Positions 1 through 8,872 of a stretch of 34,313 nucleotides of DNA are shown here, piece by piece (within the stretch, counting starts at the first letter, position 1; every line of letters starts with the position of its first letter). Source of the DNA: a virus (taxonomy: Duplodnaviria > Caudoviricetes). A program made the translations under genes and the position numbers. The notes under the pieces are model-generated. The model did no database searches and was not told the DNA's origin. It worked only from the letters and a program-made list of their open reading frames with translations. The DNA lies in IMG/VR virus record IMGVR_UViG_3300025035_000066, positions 1 to 34,313 of that record; one strand, given 5' to 3'.

Positions 1-276
1 TGGCGGGACAAGCAGAGTGTGGCCCACGCCTACTACCACAAGCGGCGGGCCATGTACGCAGCCGGGGAGTGGGAACCGGGGGCGGGACGGGACATGGGAC
101 TGGACACAATGCCGGACATGCACACGGACGTGGACTTCTCCCAGGCGGACATCCAGGACCTCCAGGACATGCTGGCCGAGAACGGGCTGGACACGGACAT
201 GGGGCGGGAAGTGTGGGCGGAACTGAGACGGCGCAAGGCAGTGAACATGCCGAAGCCGAAGGGGGATGAACTGTGA
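1..276 (+). CDS. Hypothetical protein, 3' part (5'-truncated by the window)
   Basis: Frame open from base 1 (WRDKQSVAHAYYH...) to TGA at 274-276; GC3-rich codons; acidic helical sequence. Confidence 0.6.
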   Translation, partial: WRDKQSVAHAYYHKRRAMYAAGEWEPGAGRDMGLDTMPDMHTDVDFSQADIQDLQDMLAENGLDTDMGREVWAELRRRKAVNMPKPKGDEL

Positions 277-484
277 GTCGGGAGGCAGGCGCATGAGCAT
301 CGTTGAGCAATCATAACCAGAAGCGCACCTAGAGCGGCCTTGCACCGGGGCGGGATGGTCGCCGCCATACATTCCGCAATTGCGTTGTTCACACGTGTTC
401 CTCCTTTGGTGGGACCGGGGCGGGGTTTCCATTATCCTGCCCCGGAAAGGACATTTTGACGGACATATACAAGGACACGCACCC

Positions 485-1000
485 GTGACCCTCACCGACT
501 ACCTCGCAGCCGAGGCCACGAACTACCGTGTGCGACGCAAGCTCACGGAGGCGGAAGCGTGGCAGATGATTGCCGAGTATCAGGCGGGCGCAAACGTCCA
601 GGCGCTGAACCGCAAGTGGGGCATACCCCAGGAGCGTTTCCGCAAAATCCTGGCGGCGGCGGGCGTGCAACCTAGGCGCATGGCCGAGTCCATCGCCCTG
701 TGGCACGAGGCCAACGGCAGGGGCAGCCCCAGCGCCGGGAGCGAAGCGCAGCAGAATGCAGGCTTTGTCTCCACCACGCCGGCCACGGTCAAGCCGCCGA
801 CCCATCGCCAGGTGGAGGACGTGCCATGCGGCTGGGATGGAGTGGAGCGAGTCGTGGTCAAGGTGGGGGCGGAGGAACAATGGTGCGCCAAATGCGGGGA
901 AACGATTGTCGGCGGCTGGTGCTATCGGTGCGGTGACAACGGGGACACGGTGCGGACTGTGGACGTGTTGCGGGACGGCGAGTTTGCCGTGATTCGGTGA
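485..1000 (+). CDS. HTH plus C-terminal Zn-ribbon protein, possible late regulator
   Basis: GTG at 485 is in frame with ORF 380..1000 and follows AAGGA; HTH-like segment (EYQAGANVQALNRKWGIPQERFRKILAAAGV); CAKC...CYRC motif. Confidence 0.6.
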   Translation: MTLTDYLAAEATNYRVRRKLTEAEAWQMIAEYQAGANVQALNRKWGIPQERFRKILAAAGVQPRRMAESIALWHEANGRGSPSAGSEAQQNAGFVSTTPATVKPPTHRQVEDVPCGWDGVERVVVKVGAEEQWCAKCGETIVGGWCYRCGDNGDTVRTVDVLRDGEFAVIR

Positions 1001-1039
1001 CCCGTTGTAAAAAGAATTGAACCAGTTTCCCCCGTGCCC

Positions 1040-1068
1040 TTGTATCTTACGAACAACCGTGCTAGAAT
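1040..1068 (+). promoter_or_regulatory. Sigma70-type promoter with extended -10
   Basis: TTGTAT (1040-1045), 17 bp, TAGAAT (1063-1068) preceded by TGc; ATG 7 nt downstream at 1076. Confidence 0.7.
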
Positions 1069-1075
1069 CTTGGAC

Positions 1076-1285
1076 ATGAGAACTATGCTTTTGTCAACCG
1101 AAGCGATAGAGGCGATTGAGGAACTGCTGACCCGTGCGGTCCAGGTTTCCCCGGACGGCTTCGCCCAGGTGTGGATGGCCGTCCACCTGGAACCCGTGGC
1201 AGACGGCGGGTCCGTGGTGCGTCAACTGTCCCTGTCGCCAGTACCGGGGATGACGGTCAGGCTGCCAAGGGGCAAGCGGGGATAG
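1076..1285 (+). CDS. Small hypothetical protein, probably leaderless
   Basis: ATG 1076 in frame with ORF 1034..1285, at the predicted TSS; 69 aa. Confidence 0.55.
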   Translation: MRTMLLSTEAIEAIEELLTRAVQVSPDGFAQVWMAVHLEPVADGGSVVRQLSLSPVPGMTVRLPRGKRG

Positions 1286-1330
1286 GGCGGGCGGGTGCTG
1301 CAACTGCATACTCGCCTGACAGATGCCGAA

Positions 1331-1383
1331 AGGCCGGGGCAAGATCGGGGGGATGACCTCCGATGTTGCTCCGGCCTCTTTTT
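1331..1383 (+). terminator. Intrinsic terminator / attenuator hairpin
   Basis: AGGCCGGGGCAA (1331-1342) pairs with TTGCTCCGGCCT (1366-1377); inner stem ATCGGGGG/CCTCCGAT; followed by CTTTTT. Confidence 0.65.
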
Positions 1384-1408
1384 ATGGATTGGACAAGGGG
1401 ACAGGGAC

Positions 1409-2254
1409 ATGGCGGGGAAGGGAAGCAAGGCTGCAAAAGAAACAGGGGACGAATTGCCGGACGCAAAGCCTGACGCCAACCAATGGCGTGACCGGATTGT
1501 GGACGTGCAAAAAATGCGGGCCGGGGACATCCTTCCTCACGTCGGCAACTGGCGGCGGCATGGTAAAGCACAAGCGGACGCAACCCGTGGGGTGCTTGGG
1601 GAGGTGGGCAAAATTTCTGCCCTCCACGCATGGTACTCAGAACGCAACGGAGGCAAGCTAACCTACTTCGACGGGCACCTGCGCCGGGACCTGCGGCCTG
1701 ACGAGGAATGGACCATCCTGATAACGGACCTGACCGACGAAGAGGCAGACTACGCACTGAGTACATTTGACCCGATAGCGGCAATGGCCGACGCCGACGC
1801 CGCAGCCCTGGACGCCTTGCTGCAAAGCGTCAACAGCGGCGAAGAAGCTGTACAGCAGATACTGGCGGATTTGGCGCAAAGTGTGGGACTGTATGAAGAA
1901 GTTGACCAAAACTACAGCCGGAAGATAGAACCGCCGATTTACGAACCACAGGGAGAGAAGCCGTCAATAGATGAACTGTATGACGATTCAAAAACGAAGG
2001 AACTGGTGTCAGGGATAGATGCTGCTGAGGGACTAACAGAGCAAGAAAAGGAGTTTTTGCGGATAGCTGCACAGCGGCATACTGTTTTGAATTTCAGTAG
2101 GATTGCCAATTACTATGCCCATTCTCCGGCTGAGGTTCAATCCGTCATGGAAGATAGCGCCCTGGTGATTATTGATTTCAATAAGGCAATAGAGCAAGGA
2201 TTTATTTCATTTTCTAACGAGATAGCAAAGATTGCCCGTGCAGATGGCTACTAA
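1409..2254 (+). CDS. ParB-like N-terminal domain fused to a glycosyltransferase-associated helical domain
   Basis: ATG 1409 after AGGGAC; ParB-type motifs (PHVGNWRRH, YFDGHLRR, LSTFDPIAAMA); C-terminal YSRKIEPPIYEP...FLRIAAQRH...IANYYAH...MEDSALVIIDFNKAIEQG domain, which I recall next to phage GREB1-like glycosyltransferases. Confidence 0.75.
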   Translation: MAGKGSKAAKETGDELPDAKPDANQWRDRIVDVQKMRAGDILPHVGNWRRHGKAQADATRGVLGEVGKISALHAWYSERNGGKLTYFDGHLRRDLRPDEEWTILITDLTDEEADYALSTFDPIAAMADADAAALDALLQSVNSGEEAVQQILADLAQSVGLYEEVDQNYSRKIEPPIYEPQGEKPSIDELYDDSKTKELVSGIDAAEGLTEQEKEFLRIAAQRHTVLNFSRIANYYAHSPAEVQSVMEDSALVIIDFNKAIEQGFISFSNEIAKIARADGY

Positions 2255-3266
2255 ACACAACTACTTAATTGTAGGTGCTGGGCTGACCGGGGCGGTGTTA
2301 GCCAGGGAGTTGACCAATTCCGGTGCTAGATGTCTGGTGATTGACAAACGCAACCATGTGGGCGGCAATGTCTATGATGAAGTGATAGAAGGTGTTCGGG
2401 TGCATCGGTATGGCCCGCATATCTTCCACACGAACAGTCAGCGCATTTGGGAGTATGTAAACAGGTATTCGGGATGGATGCCTTACGAGCATCGAGTCAA
2501 GGCCCGTTTTGGTGGAAAGACATATAGCTTCCCGCCCAATCTGTTGACCTACGAGCAGCTTGGCATCAAACCTGACGACCCCGCCTTGTCGCAAGTTCTG
2601 TTTGATACCTTCTTTCGGGGATACTCTGCAAAGCAATGGGGACGACCTGCTGATGAAGTGCCGGCAGGAATTATCAAGCGCATTCCCATTCGATATGATT
2701 ATGATGACCGATATTTCAGCGACAAATTCCAGGGGCTTCCTACCGAAGGCTACACGGCTTTGGTGAACAATCTACTTTTGGGCATTTCGGTGGAAACCAG
2801 TATGGACTATTTCAGGGACCGAGAAGCGTTGAACCTGGAAGCTGAGCGAGTTATCTACACGGGGCCGATTGATGCGCTGTATGGGTATGATGCTGGCAGG
2901 CTTGAATACCGTTCCTTGCGGTTTGAAACTGAAACGGTGAAGAGTGAGTCGTACCAGGGCGCAGCCAGTATCAATTACACTGACTTGTCACCAGTTTTCA
3001 CGCGGGTGCATGAATGGCGGTACTTTGGATGGCAAGATGCGAAGTCGGGCATCATTACCAGGGAATACCCCGAAAGCCATAACGAATCAAACGAGCCATA
3101 TTACCCCGTGAATGATGACGCCAACAATGGTCTGTATCGTAGCTATCAGAATCGGGCAGAGGAGGATGGGGTGATTGTGGCGGGACGATTGGGCAGGTAT
3201 TGCTACTACGACATGCATCAGGCTATCGGGGCGGCCCTGCGGCTGGCAGGTGACTTGCTATGCTAG
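2244..3266 (+). CDS. glf: UDP-galactopyranose mutase (FAD-dependent)
   Basis: GAGLTG FAD motif, RNHVGGNVYD, HRYGPHIFHTN, GYSAKQWG, RIPIRYDYDDRYFSDKFQGLP, YRSLRFE, EPYYPV, GRLGRYCYYDM; ATG 2244 overlaps the upstream stop. Confidence 0.95.
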   Translation: MATKHNYLIVGAGLTGAVLARELTNSGARCLVIDKRNHVGGNVYDEVIEGVRVHRYGPHIFHTNSQRIWEYVNRYSGWMPYEHRVKARFGGKTYSFPPNLLTYEQLGIKPDDPALSQVLFDTFFRGYSAKQWGRPADEVPAGIIKRIPIRYDYDDRYFSDKFQGLPTEGYTALVNNLLLGISVETSMDYFRDREALNLEAERVIYTGPIDALYGYDAGRLEYRSLRFETETVKSESYQGAASINYTDLSPVFTRVHEWRYFGWQDAKSGIITREYPESHNESNEPYYPVNDDANNGLYRSYQNRAEEDGVIVAGRLGRYCYYDMHQAIGAALRLAGDLLC

Positions 3267-4114
3267 ATAATTTTGCGGTGTTCATCACTACGCACGGGAG
3301 AGCAAACAAGGTAGCCACCTATGATACTTTGCGAAAGCACGGGTACACGGGGAAAATCTATCTTATATGCGACGATGAAGACAAGACCCTAGACGAATAT
3401 CAACGTAAATATGGCGACGAGGTGATTGTCTTTGACAAAGAAGCGGCGGCACAATACGTAGATGCTGGCGACAATTCCCCCAGTCGAAAGGCTGTAGTCT
3501 ATGCCCGCAATGAATGTTACAGAATCGCCAGGGAGTTGGAGCTGCAATATATTTTGCAGGTGGACGATGACTATAAAGACTTCAATTATACGTTTGATTC
3601 AAAATTCAAGTATCTAAATCGACCCATTAGGAATCTTGATAGAGTCTTTTCTGCAACCCTGAAATACTTTGCCAGTATTCCCGCCTATTGCGTAACTTTT
3701 GCGCAGGGAGGTGACTTCTTTGGTGGAGAGGATGCCGATTATGCAAAAACTGTAATGACAAGACGAAAGATAATGAACACGTTTTTTCTTGATGTTGATC
3801 GACAATTCTCTTTTTTTGGCCGCATGAATGACGATGTAAACGCCTATGTGACGAATGGCTATCAAGGAAAATTGATGCTCTCCTTGATGCAGCTACGCAT
3901 TGAACAACTTCCTACTCAAAGTGCGTCGGGCGGAATGACAGAGGTTTATCAGGATCTCGGAACTTATCAAAAATCCTTCTATTCTGTCATGTATGCCCCG
4001 GCATTTGTGAAGATTGTTATGATGGGGACAAAACATAGAAGGCTGCACCACATGGTGGTTTGGGAAAATGCAGCACCTCGCATTCTTGATGAGAGATGGC
4101 GAAAGGCCAGATAA
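3260..4114 (+). CDS. GREB1-like / TET-associated (TAGT-type) GT-A glycosyltransferase
   Basis: FAVFITTHGRA start, ICDDED, VVYARN, LQVDDDY (DxD-like), RKIMNTFF, GRMNDDVN, Q..TQS.SGGMTEVY...GTYQKSFYSVMYAP..V, HRRLHH.V.W. Confidence 0.8.
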   Translation: MLDNFAVFITTHGRANKVATYDTLRKHGYTGKIYLICDDEDKTLDEYQRKYGDEVIVFDKEAAAQYVDAGDNSPSRKAVVYARNECYRIARELELQYILQVDDDYKDFNYTFDSKFKYLNRPIRNLDRVFSATLKYFASIPAYCVTFAQGGDFFGGEDADYAKTVMTRRKIMNTFFLDVDRQFSFFGRMNDDVNAYVTNGYQGKLMLSLMQLRIEQLPTQSASGGMTEVYQDLGTYQKSFYSVMYAPAFVKIVMMGTKHRRLHHMVVWENAAPRILDERWRKAR

Positions 4115-4333
4115 ATGGAATCGCCCCTTGTGAGGCCAGAAAAAACGTGTAGATTCTGCGGACAACCTTTACCAGACTATCCGAGCAAAACTCGCATATA
4201 TTGCAGTGCTCAATGTGCAATTTTGGATAGCATTCCGGATCGATGTGAGAACTGCACAGAATTTGCAGAACAAGATCCGTGGCTTACTCATACTGAAACA
4301 ATGCCAGTCATATCCCCCTCTCCCGTTCCATAA
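4115..4333 (+). CDS. Small Cys-rich Zn-finger protein
   Basis: CRFCG...YCSAQC...CENC; starts directly after the GT stop. Confidence 0.5.
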   Translation: MESPLVRPEKTCRFCGQPLPDYPSKTRIYCSAQCAILDSIPDRCENCTEFAEQDPWLTHTETMPVISPSPVP

Positions 4334-4351
4334 TTCTAAAAGAAGATATTC

Positions 4352-4741
4352 ATGGCAAAAACCAAGCTCACCCCGGAAACCCAGGAGAAAATCTGCAACG
4401 CACTGCGGGCGGGCAACCATGCGAAGGTGGCCGCCGAGTTCGGGGGTGTGAGCGAGTCCACTTTTTACGGCTGGCTGAACAAAGGCGAAGCGGCAAACCG
4501 GGGCATATACCGAAAGTTTTTGGAGTCTGTTAAAAAGGCCGAGGCCGACGCTGAAACCGTGCGAGTGGCTCGCATCTCCCAGGCGGGACAAAGCGGGGTG
4601 TGGCAGGCCGATGCGTGGTGGCTGGAACGCAAGTTCCCGGAACGGTGGGGGCGGCGGGTGCAGGAGATAACGGGCGCAGGGGGCGGCCCGGTAGAAGTGA
4701 AGTCCGTCGTCATCTACCTGCCAGATAATGGTCGTGATTAA
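4352..4741 (+). CDS. terS: Terminase small subunit
   Basis: N-terminal HTH (KLTPETQEKICNALRAGN...GVSESTFYGWL), WQADAWWLERKFPERW and ITGAGGGPVEV...YLPDNGR tail; directly upstream of TerL. Confidence 0.85.
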   Translation: MAKTKLTPETQEKICNALRAGNHAKVAAEFGGVSESTFYGWLNKGEAANRGIYRKFLESVKKAEADAETVRVARISQAGQSGVWQADAWWLERKFPERWGRRVQEITGAGGGPVEVKSVVIYLPDNGRD

Positions 4742-4756
4742 AAGGATGCCCCATAC

Positions 4757-6155
4757 ATGAGTGTATTGGAGATTCGCCCTCAGCCGGGACCGCAGGTGGC
4801 TTTTCTGTCCTCACCGGCAGATGTGGTCATATACGGCGGCGCGGCTGGGGGCGGTTAGTAAAACTTATGCGCTGCTACTCGAAACATTACGCCATATAGA
4901 CAACAAGAACTTTGGGGCCGTTATCTTCCGGCGCACCTCCCCGCAGATTCGCAACGAGGGGGCGCTGTGGGACCAGAGCGAGCAGGTGTTTGAGGGAACC
5001 GGGGCCATCCCCAGGGAGTCAACGCTGGACTGGACATTTCCCAGCGGGGCGGGCGTCAAGTTTGCCCACATGGAACACGACAAGAACCGGCTGGACTTTC
5101 AGGGCGCACAGATTCCCCTTATCGGCTGGGACGAACTCACCCACTTCACCCGCAGACAGTTTTTTTATATGCTATCCCGGAACCGTTCGACGTGTGGCGT
5201 CAAGCCCTACATGCGGGCAACTTGCAACCCCGTCCCAGACGACGACGAGACGGGCGGCTGGATTCACGAGTTTGTGGATTGGTACATTGGGGAGGACGGT
5301 TACGCAATCCCCGAACGCAGCGGGGTAGTTCGTTGGTTTGTCATGGCGAATGATTCCCTGCGCTGGGCAGATGAACCGCAGGCGTTGGCAGAGCAGTATC
5401 CGAGTAGCACGCCAAAATCGTTTACCTTTATTATGGCATCCGTGTATGACAATCCCAAGCTGCTGGAAGCCGACCCCGGCTATCTTGCCAATCTGCAAGC
5501 CTTGCCGATGGTGGAGCGGGAGCAGTTGCTGGGGGACCAGCGGCGCGGCGGCAACTGGAAGGTAAAGCCCACGGCGGGCAAGGTGTTCAACCGGGAGTGG
5601 TTCGAGATTGTGGACGCCGTGCCGGACGGGGGACGGACCGTGCGCTTTTGGGATTTGGCGGCGACGGAGAAGAAGCTGAAGGGTGATCCCGACTTCACAG
5701 CCGGGGTGAAGATGAAACGGGTGGGCGGGATGTTCTACGTGCTGGACAGTATCGAGGAACGCATGGGGCCGGCCTACGCTGACACGGCCATGCTGAACAC
5801 GGCCAGCCAGGACGGGAGGAGCGTGGCGATTCGCTGGGAAGAAGAAGGCGGCGCAAGTGGCAAGCGGGACAGCCACGCCATTGTGAAGAACCTGCTGGGC
5901 TACGATGCCCGCGGCGTCAAGCCACAGGGTGAGAAGTTGATTCGGGCCAGGGGCCTGTCGGCCCAGGCATTGGCCGGGAACGTCAAGCTGTTGCGGGGCG
6001 GCTGGAACGAGCGGTGGTTGAACCATATGCACGGGCAACCCGACCTGGAGCATGACGACACAATGGATGCCAGTAGCGGGGCCTTCAATGAATTGGCAGA
6101 TCGTCCCCGTCCCCAGGGGACACGCATCCCGCAAGCAACCGGCAAGGGGTGGTGA
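4757..6155 (+). pseudogene. terL: Terminase large subunit split by a 4-bp insertion in Walker A (pseudogene, recoded gene or sequence error)
   Basis: ATG 4757 (AAAGGA upstream) reads MSVLEIRPQPGPQVAFLSSPADVVIYGGAAGGG then TAG TAA; KTYALL... resumes at 4860 in the +1 frame; Walker B IGWDELTHF and nuclease motifs (RFWDLA, EEEGG, HDDTMDA) intact. Confidence 0.9.
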
Positions 6156-6352
6156 TGATGGACGACGACGAGCACATGCAGCACATGCAGCGCATCCGGG
6201 ACGAATTGGACGCCTTGCGTCTGGCCCGGCAGGACGTTACAGGGGTAACGGAACTGATTCGCATTCGCAACCGACAAGGCGAATTGACGCAGGAATACTG
6301 GCGACTGCTACGGCAGCGAGGGGGCGACGATGAGGTTAGGCGAACTGTCTGA
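6149..6352 (+). CDS. Small hypothetical protein
   Basis: 67-aa helical ORF overlapping the TerL stop. Confidence 0.5.
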   Translation: MVMMDDDEHMQHMQRIRDELDALRLARQDVTGVTELIRIRNRQGELTQEYWRLLRQRGGDDEVRRTV

Positions 6353-6587
6353 TGACCCGGAAGGCTTTTTGGAATGGGTGCGGAGGCAAGGGACGGGCGG
6401 TAACTCGGATGGCACGGACGCCACCGGCTCCTGGGAACCCGTCACCGCCCAAGCGCCGGACCCGAACACCTACCGGGACGCCTTCGATTATCTAGTACAC
6501 ACACTGAAGCATCACCACACACGACGACCCGGCATCCGGGAGGCGATTCGCAAGGCTGAGGCCATTGCAGAGCGGGGGCAGACGTGA
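6330..6587 (+). CDS. Small hypothetical protein
   Basis: 85 aa, GAGGGGG upstream, GTGA overlap with the portal start. Confidence 0.55.
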   Translation: MRLGELSDDPEGFLEWVRRQGTGGNSDGTDATGSWEPVTAQAPDPNTYRDAFDYLVHTLKHHHTRRPGIREAIRKAEAIAERGQT

Positions 6588-8872
6588 GCAAGAATCTGAA
6601 AGTTAAGCGGGATGACGTGCGGTCCATAGCGGGGAAGCGGGTCACCTTTGACCGGGACCAGGGCTGGCTGTCCGGCATGTATTCCATTTCTTCGCCCAGC
6701 CAGCCGGAACTCCTGTGGCATCTTTCCCGCCTGGACCTGAACACCGTCTCGGCCTACAGCACGGACAAGCTCATCGACCTGCTGGCCGACCTATCCCCGG
6801 AAGTGGGCAAAGCCCTGTGGGACTTCCTGCGCCTGTGCAATCCTGGGTGGGAGATTGTGGCGTACCGCCCTGGGTCGAGCGAGTCCAGCGAACCGGGGCA
6901 GGCGCTCATCGGGGAATTCTTGAAAACCTTGACCCGTCTCTATGGGACCGTGGACGTTCCCATCAACGCCCTGTTCCTCAACGCTTTCCTGCGCGGCGCA
7001 CTCCTGGCCGAGATCGTGCTGGAGAAGGGCAAGACCTTTGCAGACCTGGCGACGCCGGACCCGTGGGCCGTGCGCTTCCGCAAAGAGGAGGACCCGGTGC
7101 GGGGGCAGGTGTGGCGGCTGGGCCAGTACCAGAACGGCACATGGCACAGCCTGAACTTCGACACCATCCGCTACGTTCCCGTTGACCCCCTCTCCGGCAG
7201 TCCCTACGGGCGCAGCATCGTCTCGCCGGCCCTGTTCTCTAGCCTGTTCCTGATTTCCATGCTGCACGACTTGCGCCGGGTGGTGGAGCAGCAGGGGTAT
7301 CCCCGGCTGGACCTGTCCGTGGACATGGAGAAACTTGTCGCCCTCATGCCCGACGACCTGGCCGATTCTCCCGACGACGCCCAGGAGTGGATCAATGCCG
7401 CCTTTGCTGAGATTCAAAGCGTGTACGGCAGTCTGCAACCGGATGACGCCTACATCCACGGTTCCAGCATCACCGTCAACCGACCCGTGGGGGCTGTGGG
7501 GACGGACAGCCTGGGGGCCATCGACGGGCTGATCCGGGCGCTGGAGCGCATGATCACCCGTGGGCTAAAAAGTATGCCGCTAATGATGGGCAGCAACGAG
7601 GGCAGCAGTGAAACCCACGCCAACCGGCAATGGGAGATCATGGCGGCGGGCATCAAGTCAATTCAGCATCTGGTTGAATCCCTGCTGGGCAACCTGCTGG
7701 AAGTCATGTGCCAGGCCAACGGGGTGCAGGCCACGGTGGAAGTGCGCTTTGCCGAACTGCGGGCGGCGGAAGAGTTGCGGGACTCGCAGGTGGAGGCTAT
7801 GAAGATAGCCAACGCCAAAGCCAAGTACGACGCTGGCTGGATAAGCCAGGAAGAGGCGGCGCTGGAAGTGACGGGCCACGAAGCGGACGCCGAAGAACCC
7901 CGCTTCTCTGACGCCGGACTGGGGGCGCCGGGTAGCCTGCTCATCCCGGAACAGCAGGACGGCACGCAGCGCAGGCGGGGGATACGGTCCCGCAAGACAA
8001 CCATCCCCACGGGGGCGAACAAGCCCTTGCCGCCGACGCCGGAGGAGGAATTGGAAATTGACGAGATCTTGGAAGCCCTGGCTGAGTGGGACCGACTGCA
8101 CGATGACGAGTACGCCGGTCTGCTGGCCGCCACGCCGGAAGGCAGCCAGGGGGATCTGTGGGCGGCCCTGGCTGGGCTTGTCGTCGGCGGCTCCTGGGTC
8201 TACCGTTCCAGTACCCGGCGCTATGTGAACACGGCCACGGGCGTCAGCCTGACCCGTAACCAACTCATCGGACTGCGGGACGCTTTCACCCTGCAAGTGC
8301 GGGCGGAGGCGCGGGCCATCACAGGGGCCATGCTGGACGGTACGACCTCGCTGCAACGCTGGCTGCTGGACATGCAAGGGATGGTCCGCAACACGCACAC
8401 GAATCAATTCATGCTAGGCCGAGGTGGGGTGGGCATGGTCATGGAGGCGGAACTGCCCACGGTCGAAGGTATCATCAACGGGCAGTATACCTACCTGCAA
8501 GGCTTTGCCGACGACATGGCGGCGGGCAACGTCAGCGACGGACAAGCCCTGGCACGGGCGCAGATGTACGCCGACGCCGGGACGCAGAGCTACGAACGGG
8601 GGGTGGCGCTGGCGTATGGGCTGCCGGACCTGCCCGCCTATCCGGGGGACGGGGGAACGGCCTGTAGAAGTAACTGCCGCTGCCATTGGTCGGTAACAGA
8701 AGACGAAGATAATTTTTACTGCTACTGGGTGATCACGCCCGGCGAAAATTGTCCCGACTGCATCGACAACGCCGCCCGCTGGAACCCGCTGATCATCCCC
8801 AAGACGCAAGCCCGCAGCCGGGGGGACCTGGACGGCGTGCTGGCCGGGATGGAGGACGGTCATGTCCACTGA
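6584..8872 (+). CDS. Portal protein fused to a MuF-like minor head protein
   Basis: First ~440 aa portal-like (GALLAEIV, SPYGRSIVSPA, GYPRLD, GWISQEEAA); C-terminal Cys-rich MuF-like motifs (PGDGGTACRSNCRC, CPDC); position after TerL. Confidence 0.8.
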   Translation: MSKNLKVKRDDVRSIAGKRVTFDRDQGWLSGMYSISSPSQPELLWHLSRLDLNTVSAYSTDKLIDLLADLSPEVGKALWDFLRLCNPGWEIVAYRPGSSESSEPGQALIGEFLKTLTRLYGTVDVPINALFLNAFLRGALLAEIVLEKGKTFADLATPDPWAVRFRKEEDPVRGQVWRLGQYQNGTWHSLNFDTIRYVPVDPLSGSPYGRSIVSPALFSSLFLISMLHDLRRVVEQQGYPRLDLSVDMEKLVALMPDDLADSPDDAQEWINAAFAEIQSVYGSLQPDDAYIHGSSITVNRPVGAVGTDSLGAIDGLIRALERMITRGLKSMPLMMGSNEGSSETHANRQWEIMAAGIKSIQHLVESLLGNLLEVMCQANGVQATVEVRFAELRAAEELRDSQVEAMKIANAKAKYDAGWISQEEAALEVTGHEADAEEPRFSDAGLGAPGSLLIPEQQDGTQRRRGIRSRKTTIPTGANKPLPPTPEEELEIDEILEALAEWDRLHDDEYAGLLAATPEGSQGDLWAALAGLVVGGSWVYRSSTRRYVNTATGVSLTRNQLIGLRDAFTLQVRAEARAITGAMLDGTTSLQRWLLDMQGMVRNTHTNQFMLGRGGVGMVMEAELPTVEGIINGQYTYLQGFADDMAAGNVSDGQALARAQMYADAGTQSYERGVALAYGLPDLPAYPGDGGTACRSNCRCHWSVTEDEDNFYCYWVITPGENCPDCIDNAARWNPLIIPKTQARSRGDLDGVLAGMEDGHVH

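Noticed and set aside
90-210. GGACA-rich short repeats
   Set aside because: Explained by repeated Asp/Met/Thr codons in the coding sequence.
33-405. Minus-strand ORF 33..392 with an AGGAGG RBS
   Set aside because: Largely antisense to a better + strand ORF, no recognisable motifs and no clear promoter; not fully excluded.
4856-4858. TAG reassignment (alternative genetic code) as explanation of the TerL break
   Set aside because: TAG is followed by TAA, a frame change is required, and other genes end normally in TAG (1285, 10576, 11060).
4761-4859. ORF-track N-terminus of TerL (MYWRFALSRD...)
   Set aside because: Wrong frame; the real N-terminus with most of Walker A starts at ATG 4757.
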